NCBI GenBank assembly: GCA_000091165.1
Contig: FP565575.1
Location: 1,350,001-1,382,000, forward strand
Source: Candidatus Methylomirabilis oxygeniifera
Lineage (GTDB): Bacteria; Methylomirabilota; Methylomirabilia; Methylomirabilales; Methylomirabilaceae
Length of the DNA stretch: 32,000 nt
Reading direction: 5' to 3'
Shown: positions 1 through 8,642 of the stretch, piece by piece
How the letters are laid out: each line of letters opens with the position of its first letter
Position numbering within the stretch: position 1 is the stretch's first letter
Position numbers and translations under genes: made by a program
Notes under the pieces: generated by a model
What the model saw: only the letters and a program-made list of their open reading frames with translations
Databases searched by the model: none
What the model was told of the DNA's origin: nothing

Positions 1-159
1 GGCTCGTCCGAGGGTGATAACCGGCGGATGCTCCATAAGAAGCAGGACATCCTCGAGGCGGTCCTCAGTCCGAAGGGTTGCCAGCCGCCGCTGCAGGGCA
101 AGCGCGTCAGCATAGGGCACAAGTCCGAGGTCGATCAGACTACAAGCCTTCACTGTCAC
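1..159 (-). CDS. lipB: Octanoyltransferase (lipoate-protein ligase B), N-terminal part; gene continues past the left window edge
   Basis: Absent from the ORF track because it is open to the window edge. My reverse-strand translation from GTG at 159 reads VTVKACSLIDLGLVPYADALALQRRLATLRTEDRLEDVLLLMEHPPVITLGRA. This matches the LipB N-terminus (LG..Y, then EHPPV.T.G). The frame stays open to base 1. An alternative GTG start lies at 153. It sits downstream of lpdA in a lipoate/PDH cluster. Confidence 0.7.
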   Translation of the reverse strand, partial: MTVKACSLIDLGLVPYADALALQRRLATLRTEDRLEDVLLLMEHPPVITLGRA

Positions 160-183
160 TATTCCAAACGTACGAACGAAGGC

Positions 184-277
184 GTCATTGCGAGGAGCGT
201 AGCGACGAAGCAATCTCGCAGTCTTTTAGTAGGAGAACGGTGAGATTGCCGCGCTCCTGTTGGTCGCTCGCAATGAC
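184..277. repeat. R1 palindromic intergenic element, copy A (two ~35-nt arms with termini GTCATTGCGAG / GCAATCTCAC)
   Basis: Left arm 184-217 is GTCATTGCGAGGAGCGTAGCGACGAAGCAATCTC. Right arm 240-277 is GTGAGATTGCCGCGCTCCTGTTGGTCGCTCGCAATGAC. The arms are imperfect inverted repeats. The right arm recurs reverse-complemented at 17071-17108 (2 mismatches in 38 by eye) and partly at 28661-28700. All three copies translate as TVRLPRS..SLA in spurious ORFs of the track. The element lies between the lpdA stop and the lipB start. Confidence 0.85.
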
Positions 278-339
278 AAAGCAACAATATTTGATGTATT
301 TCCTACAGCGGTCCTGGACTCTCTTCCCTACACCCTGCC

Positions 340-1746
340 TTATACATGGAGGGCGCGTCCAAGGACGGCCAGGGCAGCCTCGCCCATCGCTTCGGAAAGC
401 GTGGGATGGGCATGGATCGACTCGGCAATCTCCTCCGGAGTGGCCTCCATCGCGATCGCCAGGCCGGCCTCAGCAATCAGTTCGGTGGCATGGGCACCGA
501 TAATGTGTACGCCCAGGATCTCTCCGTGTCTCGCATCCGCGATCACCTTGACCATCCCTTCGGTTTCGCCGAGGGTCATCGCCATCCCGCTGGCACTGAA
601 AGGGAACCGACCGACGCGTATCGTGTGCCCCTCAGCCTTCGCCTTCGCCTCGGTCAAGCCGATGCTGGCAACCTGCGGATAGCAGTAGGTACAGCTTGGG
701 ATCCTCCTGAGATCCGCCGACGCCGCATCCTCCAACTTGGCCATCTTTTCGACGGCCTTGATCCCATCGTGAGACGCCTTGTGGGCCAGGAGCGGCGCAC
801 CGGCAAGATCGCCGATAGCATAGATGCCGGCAACACTGGACTCCATCTGCTCATTCACTGCGACAAATCCCTTCTTCGTGGCGACCCCCAGCTCTTTCAA
901 GCCGCCTACCTCCGAGTTCGGTAGTCTACCGACCGCCACCAGGACCGTCTCGCCAAGCAACTCTTGGCTCTTGCCGTTGCTCGACACCCTGACCTTGGCC
1001 TGTCCCGCCTCAACGATTACCCGCTCTACGCTGGTGTTCGTAAGAATCTTGATCCCCTTCTTGGTCAACGCGCGGTGGAGCAGGGCCGTAATCTCCTCGT
1101 CCTCATACGGAAGGATCGTCGGGAGCAGTTCGACGAGCGTCACGGCCGTTCCATAGGCCTGATAGATATCGGCGAATTCTACGCCGATCGCTCCGGCACC
1201 GATGATGATCATCGAAGCGGGGACCCGAGTCAGCAGCATGGCTTCGGTACTGGTCAGTATGACCTTGCCATCGACTGTGACGTTAGGCAGTAGCCTGGGT
1301 CTCGATCCGGTTGCCAAAAGGATCCGTTCGGCGCGGATCCCCTCACTCCTCTTTCCGTCTCTGCCTGTGACCTCCAGTTCCCTGGCCGAGGTGAGGCGAG
1401 CCTCCCCGGAGAAGAGCGCGACTTTATTCTTACGCATCAGAAACTCAATACCCTTGGACAGCCGTTCGGCCTTCTCGCGGCTGCGCTTAACGGCAATGCC
1501 GAAGTCCGCCCTGAGGTTATCCGTGTGAATCCCGAACTCCCCGGCGCGGCGCATCAGGGACAGCACCTGTGAACTCTGAAGCAATGCCTTCGTCGGGATG
1601 CAACCCCAGTTGAGACAGACTCCACCCAAACGGTCCCGCTCGACGAGCGCCACCCGCATCCCGAGTTGTGCGGCGCGGATCGATGCAACGTAGCCGCCGG
1701 GACCCGCCCCGACCACTGCCAGATCAAATATTCGCTCGTCCACCAT
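340..1746 (-). CDS. lpdA: Dihydrolipoyl dehydrogenase (E3)
   Basis: 468-aa ORF with FAD fold GAGPGGY, redox disulfide GGVCLNWGCIPTK and C-terminal HAHPTLSE. ATG at 1746 lies 2 nt after the E2 stop, with GGAG upstream. Confidence 0.95.
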   Translation of the reverse strand: MVDERIFDLAVVGAGPGGYVASIRAAQLGMRVALVERDRLGGVCLNWGCIPTKALLQSSQVLSLMRRAGEFGIHTDNLRADFGIAVKRSREKAERLSKGIEFLMRKNKVALFSGEARLTSARELEVTGRDGKRSEGIRAERILLATGSRPRLLPNVTVDGKVILTSTEAMLLTRVPASMIIIGAGAIGVEFADIYQAYGTAVTLVELLPTILPYEDEEITALLHRALTKKGIKILTNTSVERVIVEAGQAKVRVSSNGKSQELLGETVLVAVGRLPNSEVGGLKELGVATKKGFVAVNEQMESSVAGIYAIGDLAGAPLLAHKASHDGIKAVEKMAKLEDAASADLRRIPSCTYCYPQVASIGLTEAKAKAEGHTIRVGRFPFSASGMAMTLGETEGMVKVIADARHGEILGVHIIGAHATELIAEAGLAIAMEATPEEIAESIHAHPTLSEAMGEAALAVLGRALHV

Positions 1747-1748
1747 CC

Positions 1749-2996
1749 CTACTCCGGCTGCACAACGAGCTGAAGCGGCTGTTCCAGCAGTCGTTTCACC
1801 TCTTGAAGGAATATCGCCCCGATTGCGCCATCCACCGCCCGATGATCACACGACAGTGTCATCCGCATCCGCTGGCCGATCTGCACATCTCCATTCGCCA
1901 CGACCGGCTTACTCTGTATCCTGCCGACGGCCAGGATGGCAGCCTCCGGAGGGTTGATGATCGCGGTGAACTCTTCTATCTCATACATGCCAAGGTTCGA
2001 CACGGTGAAGGTCGCTCCGACATACTCTTCGGATCGTAACTTCAAGGCCCTGGCTCGTTCGACGAGATTCTTCGCCTCTTTGGCGATCTGTATCAGGCTT
2101 TTCTTGCCGCAGTCGCGCAACACCGGATTGATCAATCCATCCTCAAGCGCAACCGCAATACCGATATTGACCTGAGAGTAGACACGAATCCGATCGTCCA
2201 TGAATGATGCATTCATCGCCGGATGTCGCCTCAGTGCCATCACCACTGCCCTGATGATGATATCGGTAAAGGTCACCTTGAGGTCCGGCGCCTGGTCCTG
2301 CATCGCCTGACGCAACTCCGCGGCCTTTTCCATTGCTACCTCGACGGTGAGGTAGAAGTGGGGTACCGTCGCCGTACTTTGAGCCACGCGCTTGGCAATC
2401 GCCCTCCGCATTGGGGACAGCTCCCGATCCTCAAACTCTACGGATGGCGCGGGTGGGGTCATCGCGGTAACTCGCCCTGCAATCAAAGGTGGCCGCTGAC
2501 CGACATCCGCAGTCGATGGTACCATAGCAGCCAGATCCCGGCGGATGATCCGTCCCCCGGGGCCCGATCCCTTCACTGCCGACAGGTCGATCCCCTGCGC
2601 TCTGGCAAGCCTCTTTGCCAGGGGTGAGGCCTTCACGCGCCCGGCAGTGACCGCCTGAAAAGCGGGGGACACCGGCGCAGAGGCGCCTGGCCGAGCCGAT
2701 GTCGCCGATTGAACGGCTGAGCCTGTCACCGGAGGCAGCAGTGTCGAAATATCCTCATCTTCCTCAGCGATCACGCCGATCGGGTGGCCGACCGGCGCCG
2801 ACTGGCCCGCCCCGATCAGAATCTTCCGAAGGGTACCGGATCCAAAGGCTTCCATCTCAATATCTGCCTTATCGGTCTGGATCTCAGCGATGATTTCACC
2901 CCCCTCGACTCGATCTCCTTCTCGCTTCAGCCATCGAAGGATCTTTCCCTCCTCCATGGTATCGCTCAACCGAGGCATGACCACAGACATGGCCAT
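1749..2996 (-). CDS. pdhC: Dihydrolipoamide acetyltransferase (E2 of a 2-oxoacid/pyruvate dehydrogenase complex)
   Basis: 415-aa ORF with one lipoyl domain (EIQTDKADIEMEA), a peripheral-subunit-binding domain (SPLAKRLARAQGIDLSAVKGSGPGGRI) and catalytic DHRAVDG. AAGGA lies about 8 nt upstream of ATG 2996. ATGs at 2990 and 2978 are also possible starts. Confidence 0.93.
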   Translation of the reverse strand: MAMSVVMPRLSDTMEEGKILRWLKREGDRVEGGEIIAEIQTDKADIEMEAFGSGTLRKILIGAGQSAPVGHPIGVIAEEDEDISTLLPPVTGSAVQSATSARPGASAPVSPAFQAVTAGRVKASPLAKRLARAQGIDLSAVKGSGPGGRIIRRDLAAMVPSTADVGQRPPLIAGRVTAMTPPAPSVEFEDRELSPMRRAIAKRVAQSTATVPHFYLTVEVAMEKAAELRQAMQDQAPDLKVTFTDIIIRAVVMALRRHPAMNASFMDDRIRVYSQVNIGIAVALEDGLINPVLRDCGKKSLIQIAKEAKNLVERARALKLRSEEYVGATFTVSNLGMYEIEEFTAIINPPEAAILAVGRIQSKPVVANGDVQIGQRMRMTLSCDHRAVDGAIGAIFLQEVKRLLEQPLQLVVQPE

Positions 2997-3018
2997 CGTC
3001 TTGTCCTTTCGTAAAGAC

Positions 3019-3139
3019 AGGGTGTAGGGTAAAGGGTCTAGGGTTTAGGGTATGGAGAAAGGCTAAGGAGGAGACCGCAATGAAAGAGCGGATCAGAACC
3101 TCTGGCTCTTGAGGCTATACCCTCCACCCTATCCCTTTT
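3019..3139. repeat. R2 element, copy A: inverted arrays of tandem heptamers GGGTNNA / TNNACCC around a ~59-nt spacer
   Basis: Plus strand 3020-3054 reads GGGTGTA GGGTAAA GGGTCTA GGGTTTA GGGTATG, with GGG runs at 3020, 3027, 3034, 3041 and 3048 (exact 7-nt period). Bases 3115-3139 (CTATACCCTCCACCCTATCCCTTTT) are the imperfect reverse complement. It fills the pdhB-pdhC intergenic gap. A related copy lies at 30986-31062. Confidence 0.85.
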
Positions 3140-4117
3140 CTAGATCGCTAGAACCTTCTTGACCGCCGCAACGACCCGTTCTTTGCTCGGGGCCTTGGCA
3201 CGCTCAAGATTCTTCGCATATGGCGTCGGGGCATTAGCGCCCGTTACCCGCTCCACCGGCGCGTCCAAGTAATCGAAGGCCTGCTCAGAAATGATTTCAC
3301 CGATCACCGTCCCAATCCCGCCGAACCCGGCGCCGGCCTCCATGACCACAGCCCGATTGGTCTTCTTGATCGACTCGATGATGAGCTCGGTATCCAGCGG
3401 GCGGAGCGTACGTGGATCCACCACCTCGACGGAGATCCCCTCCTTCTCCAGATCCTCTGCCGCCTGCAAGGCCAGCAGGAGCATTGTGGAGTAGGCCACG
3501 ATGGTGACATCGCGCCCCTCTCGCTTGATTTCGCCGACCCCAAGCGGGATGGTGTAGTCTCCATCCGGCACCTCACCCTTGGTGCCGTACAGCAACTCTG
3601 ACTCGATGAAGATCACCGGGTCATCATCACGAATCGCACTCTTTAGGAGTCCCTTCGCATCCCTGGGGGTCCCCGGACGCACGATCTTGAGACCGGGAAC
3701 ATGGTAGAAGTACGACTCCATACTCTGGGAGTGCTGAGCCGCTAATTGGTGCGCCGGGCCGCCGGGGCCGCGGATAACCATCGGGACGTTGTACTGACCG
3801 CCGGACATATACAGGATCTTCGCCGCTTGATTGACAATCTGATCGATCGCCACCAGCGCGAAGTTAAAGGTCATCATCTCCACAATCGGCCGCAAGCCGA
3901 CCATGGCCGCTCCGATACCGACGCCGGTAAACCCGGCCTCGCTGATCGGGGTATCGATGACTCGCTTCGGGCCAAACTCCTCAAGCAGGCCCTGACTGAC
4001 CTTATAGGCCCCCTGGTACAGGCCTACCTCCTCGCCCATAAGGAACACACGAGGGTCCCGGCGCATCTCTTCACGCAGTGCCTGATTCAGGGCCTCTCGA
4101 TAGGTTATGATTGCCAT
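3140..4117 (-). CDS. pdhB: Pyruvate dehydrogenase E1 component, beta subunit
   Basis: The ORF 3140..4195 carries a conserved E1-beta body (MAIITYREALNQALREEM..., VIDTPISEAGFTGVGIGAA). I place the start at ATG 4117, preceded by GGAGG. The longer 4195 start would overlap pdhA and adds non-homologous Arg/Ser-rich residues. Confidence 0.93.
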   Translation of the reverse strand: MAIITYREALNQALREEMRRDPRVFLMGEEVGLYQGAYKVSQGLLEEFGPKRVIDTPISEAGFTGVGIGAAMVGLRPIVEMMTFNFALVAIDQIVNQAAKILYMSGGQYNVPMVIRGPGGPAHQLAAQHSQSMESYFYHVPGLKIVRPGTPRDAKGLLKSAIRDDDPVIFIESELLYGTKGEVPDGDYTIPLGVGEIKREGRDVTIVAYSTMLLLALQAAEDLEKEGISVEVVDPRTLRPLDTELIIESIKKTNRAVVMEAGAGFGGIGTVIGEIISEQAFDYLDAPVERVTGANAPTPYAKNLERAKAPSKERVVAAVKKVLAI

Positions 4118-4133
4118 ACGTTCGTTGCCTCCC

Positions 4134-5105
4134 TCAACGCTCTGAGACGTAGACGTCGGTGCACAGCCACTCCACCGGCGGCTCCGGGGAGGCATCGGCG
4201 TACCGGACGGCCTCCTCCACTGTGACTCGGACCTCCTTCTCCAGCGCCTTCCAATCCGACTCCTTGATCATCGCCTCCGCCGTAAGATAATCCCGGAACA
4301 GTACGAGGGGATCCCGTTGCTTTTCCCGCTCGATCTCCTCTTTCGTTCGATAGGTCCCCGGATCCGCCATCGAGTGTCCGCGGAATCGATACGTCTTCGC
4401 CTCAATGAGGGATGGGATACGTTCTCGTCGCGCCCGCTCAACAGCCGTTCCCACACACTCCCGAACGGCCAGAACATCCATTCCATCTACCGCCTCGCCG
4501 GGCATCCCGTATGCCTCAGCCCGTCGGTACAGCTCCTTGACCGGCGTCGCGCGCTCTACGGCGGTCCCCATACCGTAGCGGTTGTTCTCGCAAATATAGA
4601 CGATCGGCAGGTGCCACAGGGCTGCCAGATTGAACGCCTCATGAAACACCCCCTGGTTGACGGCAGCGTCTCCAAAGAAGCAGAGCGTGACCTGATCCTT
4701 GCCCTCATACTGGCTCGCAAAGGCGGCGCCGGTCCCGATCGGGATCTGTCCCGCTACGATCGCATGGCCGCCCAGGAAGTTATGCGTCTTGTCGAACAGG
4801 TGCATCGAACCGCCCTTACCCTTACAGAGGCCATCGGCCCGCCCGAACAGCTCTGCCATGATCTTCCCCGGATCGCAGCCCCTCGCTAAGGCATGGCCGT
4901 GTTCCCGGTAGCTGGCAATGACATAGTCGTCCGGTCGTAATACGGAGAGGGCGCCTGTCGCCACCGCCTCCTGACCGATATACAGATGGAGGAAGCCGCC
5001 GATCTTCCCCATAGTGTACATCTCCGCACACTTCTCCTCAAACCGACGCATCAGGAGCATCTGCCGGAGCAGTTCCACCAGCTCCTTCCGCTCTAACTTC
5101 CGCAT
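4134..5105 (-). CDS. pdhA: Pyruvate dehydrogenase E1 component, alpha subunit (TPP-binding)
   Basis: TPP motif FFGDAAVNQG...ENNRYGMGT and loop YRFRGHSMADPGTYR. The start is set at ATG 5105 (MRKLERKELVELLRQM), preceded by GGGAGG. The track start 5138 would overlap the lipA 3' end. Confidence 0.93.
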   Translation of the reverse strand: MRKLERKELVELLRQMLLMRRFEEKCAEMYTMGKIGGFLHLYIGQEAVATGALSVLRPDDYVIASYREHGHALARGCDPGKIMAELFGRADGLCKGKGGSMHLFDKTHNFLGGHAIVAGQIPIGTGAAFASQYEGKDQVTLCFFGDAAVNQGVFHEAFNLAALWHLPIVYICENNRYGMGTAVERATPVKELYRRAEAYGMPGEAVDGMDVLAVRECVGTAVERARRERIPSLIEAKTYRFRGHSMADPGTYRTKEEIEREKQRDPLVLFRDYLTAEAMIKESDWKALEKEVRVTVEEAVRYADASPEPPVEWLCTDVYVSER

Positions 5106-5128
5106 AGTTTCGTCCTCCCTGCCTGTGC

Positions 5129-6175
5129 CTATCCGCACGCAGACAGGCTGCTCTCACGCTTCCGGCCAACTTCGTCAGCCTGACCGCGGGCATGATACGA
5201 ACTTCGGACCAACGGCCCGGACTCCACGTGCTTGAATCCCATCCCTTCCCCAATCACCTTCAATTCCCTGAACTCCTCAGGAGTATAATACTTCCTGATC
5301 GGTACATGCGCGTAACTTGGCCGCAGGTATTGTCCCAGCGTCAGGATATCGCAATCGACCCCCCTCAGGTCCGCCATCGTCCGGAGCAGTTCTTGCCATG
5401 TCTCCCCGAACCCCACAATCACCCCAGACTTCGTGACTAACCCAGGCGCTATTCGCCGCGCATTGGCTAGAAGCTCCAGTGACTGCTCATAGCCCGATCC
5501 GGGGCGAACCTCCTGATACAACCGGGGAACAGTTTCCACGTTGTGGCTGAGAATAGCCGGCGCAGCATCGACAACCGTTCTCAGGGCTGCCTCACTGCCA
5601 CGGAAATCAGGAACCAGCACCTCGACACTGCATCCCGGCGAACGCTCTCGAATTCGATGAATCACTGCTGCAAAGATCCTCGCGCCGCCGTCGGCCAGGT
5701 CGTCGCGATTCACAGAGGTGATAACCACGTGGACCAACTCAAGCTCGCATATCGCCTTGGCCACACGCTCGGGCTCGGCTAGGTCGAGTTCTGTCGGCCG
5801 GCCGTGTGTAGCGGCGCAGAAACCGCAGTTGCGGGTGCAGATCTCGCCCAGGATGAGGAAGGTTGCCGTGAGTTGCTGCCAGCACTCACCAATATTGGGA
5901 CAGAGGGCCTCTTCGCAGATCGTATGAAGTTGCTGCTCTCGGACGAGTCGCTTCAACCGAAGGTAATTGGGCGATCCTGGAGCTTTAACCTTCAGCCATG
6001 GTGGCTTGGGTGAGCCGACGCTCTCAGGAAGTAACAACAGCGGCGTTGCCTTATCCGGTTGGAGCACACATGCCTCGTTCGAACCCGCAACAATATCTCG
6101 ATCAGGTCGCCGTATGGGCAGGCGGAGTACTAGCGCACTGCGTGATTGTCTATCATGTCTTGATCGGTCTGTCAA
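5129..6175 (-). CDS. lipA: Lipoyl synthase (radical SAM)
   Basis: CEEALCPNIGECW (auxiliary cluster) and CTRNCGFCA (CxxxCxxC). The TTG start at 6175 overlaps the upstream TGA stop as TTGA. There is no in-frame ATG near the 5' end, so the exact start is uncertain and the N-terminus may be shorter. Confidence 0.9.
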   Translation of the reverse strand: MTDRSRHDRQSRSALVLRLPIRRPDRDIVAGSNEACVLQPDKATPLLLLPESVGSPKPPWLKVKAPGSPNYLRLKRLVREQQLHTICEEALCPNIGECWQQLTATFLILGEICTRNCGFCAATHGRPTELDLAEPERVAKAICELELVHVVITSVNRDDLADGGARIFAAVIHRIRERSPGCSVEVLVPDFRGSEAALRTVVDAAPAILSHNVETVPRLYQEVRPGSGYEQSLELLANARRIAPGLVTKSGVIVGFGETWQELLRTMADLRGVDCDILTLGQYLRPSYAHVPIRKYYTPEEFRELKVIGEGMGFKHVESGPLVRSSYHARGQADEVGRKRESSLSACG

Positions 6176-7041
6176 CCGTCTATGGAAGAGTTCACCTGAC
6201 CTGACCGATTACCCGGCGCTCGCGCGGTGCGTGCGGCGAGCAACTGTTCGAATCGTGCCTCCGGTAAGGCCGGTTTCCCAAGCCCTATCGAGCGGAGCCC
6301 CCCCGTCCCGTGGTAGTCAGAGCCGCCAACCGCCAATAGATCGTATTCCAGACGTATTCGCTCATAATGGAATACCGATCCGGCATCGTGTTCCGGATGA
6401 TACACCTCCAGCCCGTCAAGACCATGCTGCACAAGGAATGGGACAATCTCGTCGTGGTTATAGTCTCCCGGATGCGCGAGGGAGGCCATACCTCCGGCCT
6501 CCTTGACGGCACGTATCGCCAGAGCGGCAGGAATCCTGGAACGTTCTACGTAGCCGGGCTTTCCGAACGTCAGATACCGATCAAATGCCTCCTTCAGCGA
6601 CACCACATATCCGCGCCTGATCATCGCCTGTGCCACATGGGGCCGTCCAACTGAGGGACCTGACGCCAGGCTCAAGACCTCATCAACGTCCAGAGGGAGA
6701 CCAAGAGTCCAGAGCTTCTCGGTCATCCGACGAGCCCTCTCGATCCGGTCGTTGCGGGAGGAGGCAAGGAATTCGGCCAGCCGGTTATCATCCGAATCAA
6801 TGAAATGCCCCAAGATGTGAATCTCCAGGTCCTCCACATGGGCCGTAATCTCGACGCCCGCAACAACCTGTATCCCCACTCGCTCGGCCTCCGCCATCGC
6901 CATAGGGAGACCCTCCAGAGTGTCATGATCGGTAAGGGCTAGAACGGAGAGTCCGGAATCTTTTGCGAGGTGTACGAGTTCCTGGGGAGAAAGGACGCCG
7001 TCAGAGGCGGTCGAGTGGGCATGCAGATCGATCAGGCGCAT
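6172..7041 (-). CDS. PHP-domain phosphoesterase (TrpH/YciV family)
   Basis: N-terminal IDLHAHSTASDG...LALTDHDT and later HILGH, ASLAHPG and GGSDYHG are the PHP metal-binding His/Asp motifs. ATG at 7041; GTG at 7044 is an alternative start. Confidence 0.85.
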   Translation of the reverse strand: MRLIDLHAHSTASDGVLSPQELVHLAKDSGLSVLALTDHDTLEGLPMAMAEAERVGIQVVAGVEITAHVEDLEIHILGHFIDSDDNRLAEFLASSRNDRIERARRMTEKLWTLGLPLDVDEVLSLASGPSVGRPHVAQAMIRRGYVVSLKEAFDRYLTFGKPGYVERSRIPAALAIRAVKEAGGMASLAHPGDYNHDEIVPFLVQHGLDGLEVYHPEHDAGSVFHYERIRLEYDLLAVGGSDYHGTGGLRSIGLGKPALPEARFEQLLAARTARAPGNRSGQVNSSIDG

Positions 7042-7052
7042 CACGTAAGCTG

Positions 7053-7862
7053 TCAGCTATTGGCTGTCAACTGTTGGATGTGAGACAGGCTACCGGCGGT
7101 CACCCGCTGTGACAGTACACGCTCAGGATGACTGTAGACATTAAACCCTTCACTTCGGCAATAGCCGATCACGGTAATGCCGAAGCGCTTAGCCGCAGCA
7201 ATAGCAAGACTGGTAGGCGAGGTTCGAGAAATGACAAACGGAGTCCGCATATGGGCCCCCTTGCGGAGCATCTCAGACGAGATACGGCCCGTGGACAGGA
7301 GGATATTCCCGGCGGTTGGAATCCCTTGCAGCAGCGCTTCACCGTGGATTTTGTCTAATGCGTTATGTCGGCCGACGTCCTCAGCGACCAACAACAAACT
7401 CTTTCCGTCGCTCAGGGCCGCAGCATGAATGCCGCGCGACTGCCGATAGAGATACGCCTCGGCATAGAGTTGTTTCATCAGATCGAACGGTTGCTCCGGG
7501 CACAGAACCGCTTCCTCGGGAAACGCCTTAAATCCCTCCATCGGCATACCGAATGTGATGCCTCCGGTGCACCCGGAGGTTAAGATGCGACGACGCGGAG
7601 GGGTAAACGCCGTAGCCAATCTGACATCCGCTACCGCCTCCTCGGGAAAGACCTCCAGCGACTGAACCTCGTCGAGCGCCTGGATGATCCCCTCAAAGCT
7701 CAAAAATCCCAGAACCAGGTAATCGAGTTTGACCGGCGTACACAGCAGCGTCGCCAGCTCATGCCCGTTGACAAAGATTGTGAGGGACTGCTCCCCCACC
7801 ACCGGTATCTCGACCGTCTCAAATGATCCGCCGCGATATCGAACGATCCGATACATCGACAT
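7053..7862 (-). CDS. fdhD: Formate dehydrogenase accessory sulfurtransferase FdhD family
   Basis: The GRHNALDKIHGEAL motif and overall FdhD/NarQ-like layout. The start is set at ATG 7862 (MSMYRIVRY...), 1 nt after the upstream TAA stop. The track start 7901 would overlap the VIT gene. Confidence 0.8.
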   Translation of the reverse strand: MSMYRIVRYRGGSFETVEIPVVGEQSLTIFVNGHELATLLCTPVKLDYLVLGFLSFEGIIQALDEVQSLEVFPEEAVADVRLATAFTPPRRRILTSGCTGGITFGMPMEGFKAFPEEAVLCPEQPFDLMKQLYAEAYLYRQSRGIHAAALSDGKSLLLVAEDVGRHNALDKIHGEALLQGIPTAGNILLSTGRISSEMLRKGAHMRTPFVISRTSPTSLAIAAAKRFGITVIGYCRSEGFNVYSHPERVLSQRVTAGSLSHIQQLTANS

Positions 7863-7863
7863 C

Positions 7864-8613
7864 TTAGTACCAGAGGGCCCCAAGGACGTGCCCAATACCA
7901 TAGCCTGCAGCCGACACCAGCAGCCCGATCCCCAGCATCTCCAGTCCGCTACGCCACCAGACCTTCTTCGTCAGCAGCGTCTTACCCGCTCCGGTCGCAA
8001 AAAGGGCGAATGCGGCAACACTCATCGAGGCAATAAACGCCTCCCTGAGTCCCAGGAACAGGTACGGCAGAATCGGAAGAATAGCGCCAACACAGGAGGA
8101 GACTCCCATCAGCAAGCCGACCTTGACCGGGTTGTCGAATCGTTCCTCAATCAGCCCTAACTCCTCCACCATCATCGCCTTCAGCAAGCGATCCTTGTCG
8201 GCGGTCAGCCGCGTAACCACCAGCTCGACCTCATCTTCTTGAAAGCCCTTATTCCGATAGATCTGGCGCATCTCGTCGCGTTCCCGATCCGGCATCGTCT
8301 CGATTTCCAGACGTTCGCGCGCGATCTCTCGCTGGTAGAGTTCCCGTTCCGATTTAGTCGAAAGATAGGCTCCGAATCCCATCGAAAGGGTCTGAGCAAA
8401 GGCCTCTGCCAGACTGGCGATGACAATCATGCGCTGGCCGGCACTCGCCGCATTGACCCCGGCAAGAAAGGCAACGGTCGTAATGAGGCCGTCGTGTAGC
8501 CCGAAGACGACCTCACGAATGGCTCGGCCCCCAGGGAAATGCGAGCTCTCGTCAGTCTTCACGAACCCGATGCCGGCCGTGTTCATGCTCTCGCCGCTTA
8601 CGCCTGTCTGCAT
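7864..8613 (-). CDS. VIT1/CCC1-family iron/manganese transporter
   Basis: FGLHDGLITTVAFLAGV, a cytoplasmic acidic helical insert (ERELYQREIARERLEIETMPDRERDEMRQIY) and C-terminal hydrophobic helices are typical of the VIT family. The start is uncertain: TTG 8628, ATG 8613 or ATG 8586. Confidence 0.8.
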   Translation of the reverse strand: MQTGVSGESMNTAGIGFVKTDESSHFPGGRAIREVVFGLHDGLITTVAFLAGVNAASAGQRMIVIASLAEAFAQTLSMGFGAYLSTKSERELYQREIARERLEIETMPDRERDEMRQIYRNKGFQEDEVELVVTRLTADKDRLLKAMMVEELGLIEERFDNPVKVGLLMGVSSCVGAILPILPYLFLGLREAFIASMSVAAFALFATGAGKTLLTKKVWWRSGLEMLGIGLLVSAAGYGIGHVLGALWY

Positions 8614-8642
8614 GCAACGCTCAGGCAAGCAGCATTCCGACG

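Noticed and set aside
3065-3112. Perfect AAGGAGG followed 8 nt later by ATG and a 10-codon mini-ORF (MKERIRTSGS) in the spacer of R2 copy A, plus strand
   Set aside because: It is oriented against the surrounding 21-kb minus-strand transcription unit and is very short. The equivalent spacer of R2 copy B has no such ORF. It is most likely a coincidence.
4118-4195. N-terminal extensions given by the ORF track for pdhB (to 4195), pdhA (5138), fdhD (7901), nuoB copy 1 (10396), the ApgM-like gene (15920) and purN (28581)
   Set aside because: Each extension overlaps the upstream gene or a repeat element and adds non-homologous, Arg-rich sequence. In every case an internal ATG with a good Shine-Dalgarno coincides with the start of family homology.
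7053-7862. fdhD plus moeA plus a molybdopterin-fold NuoG-like gene as evidence for a hidden formate dehydrogenase
   Set aside because: The NuoG-like protein shows the NuoG-type VNGHWICDEGRF segment and is truncated before any Mo-cofactor-binding region. No FDH catalytic subunit is present in the window. FdhD and MoeA may serve enzymes encoded elsewhere.
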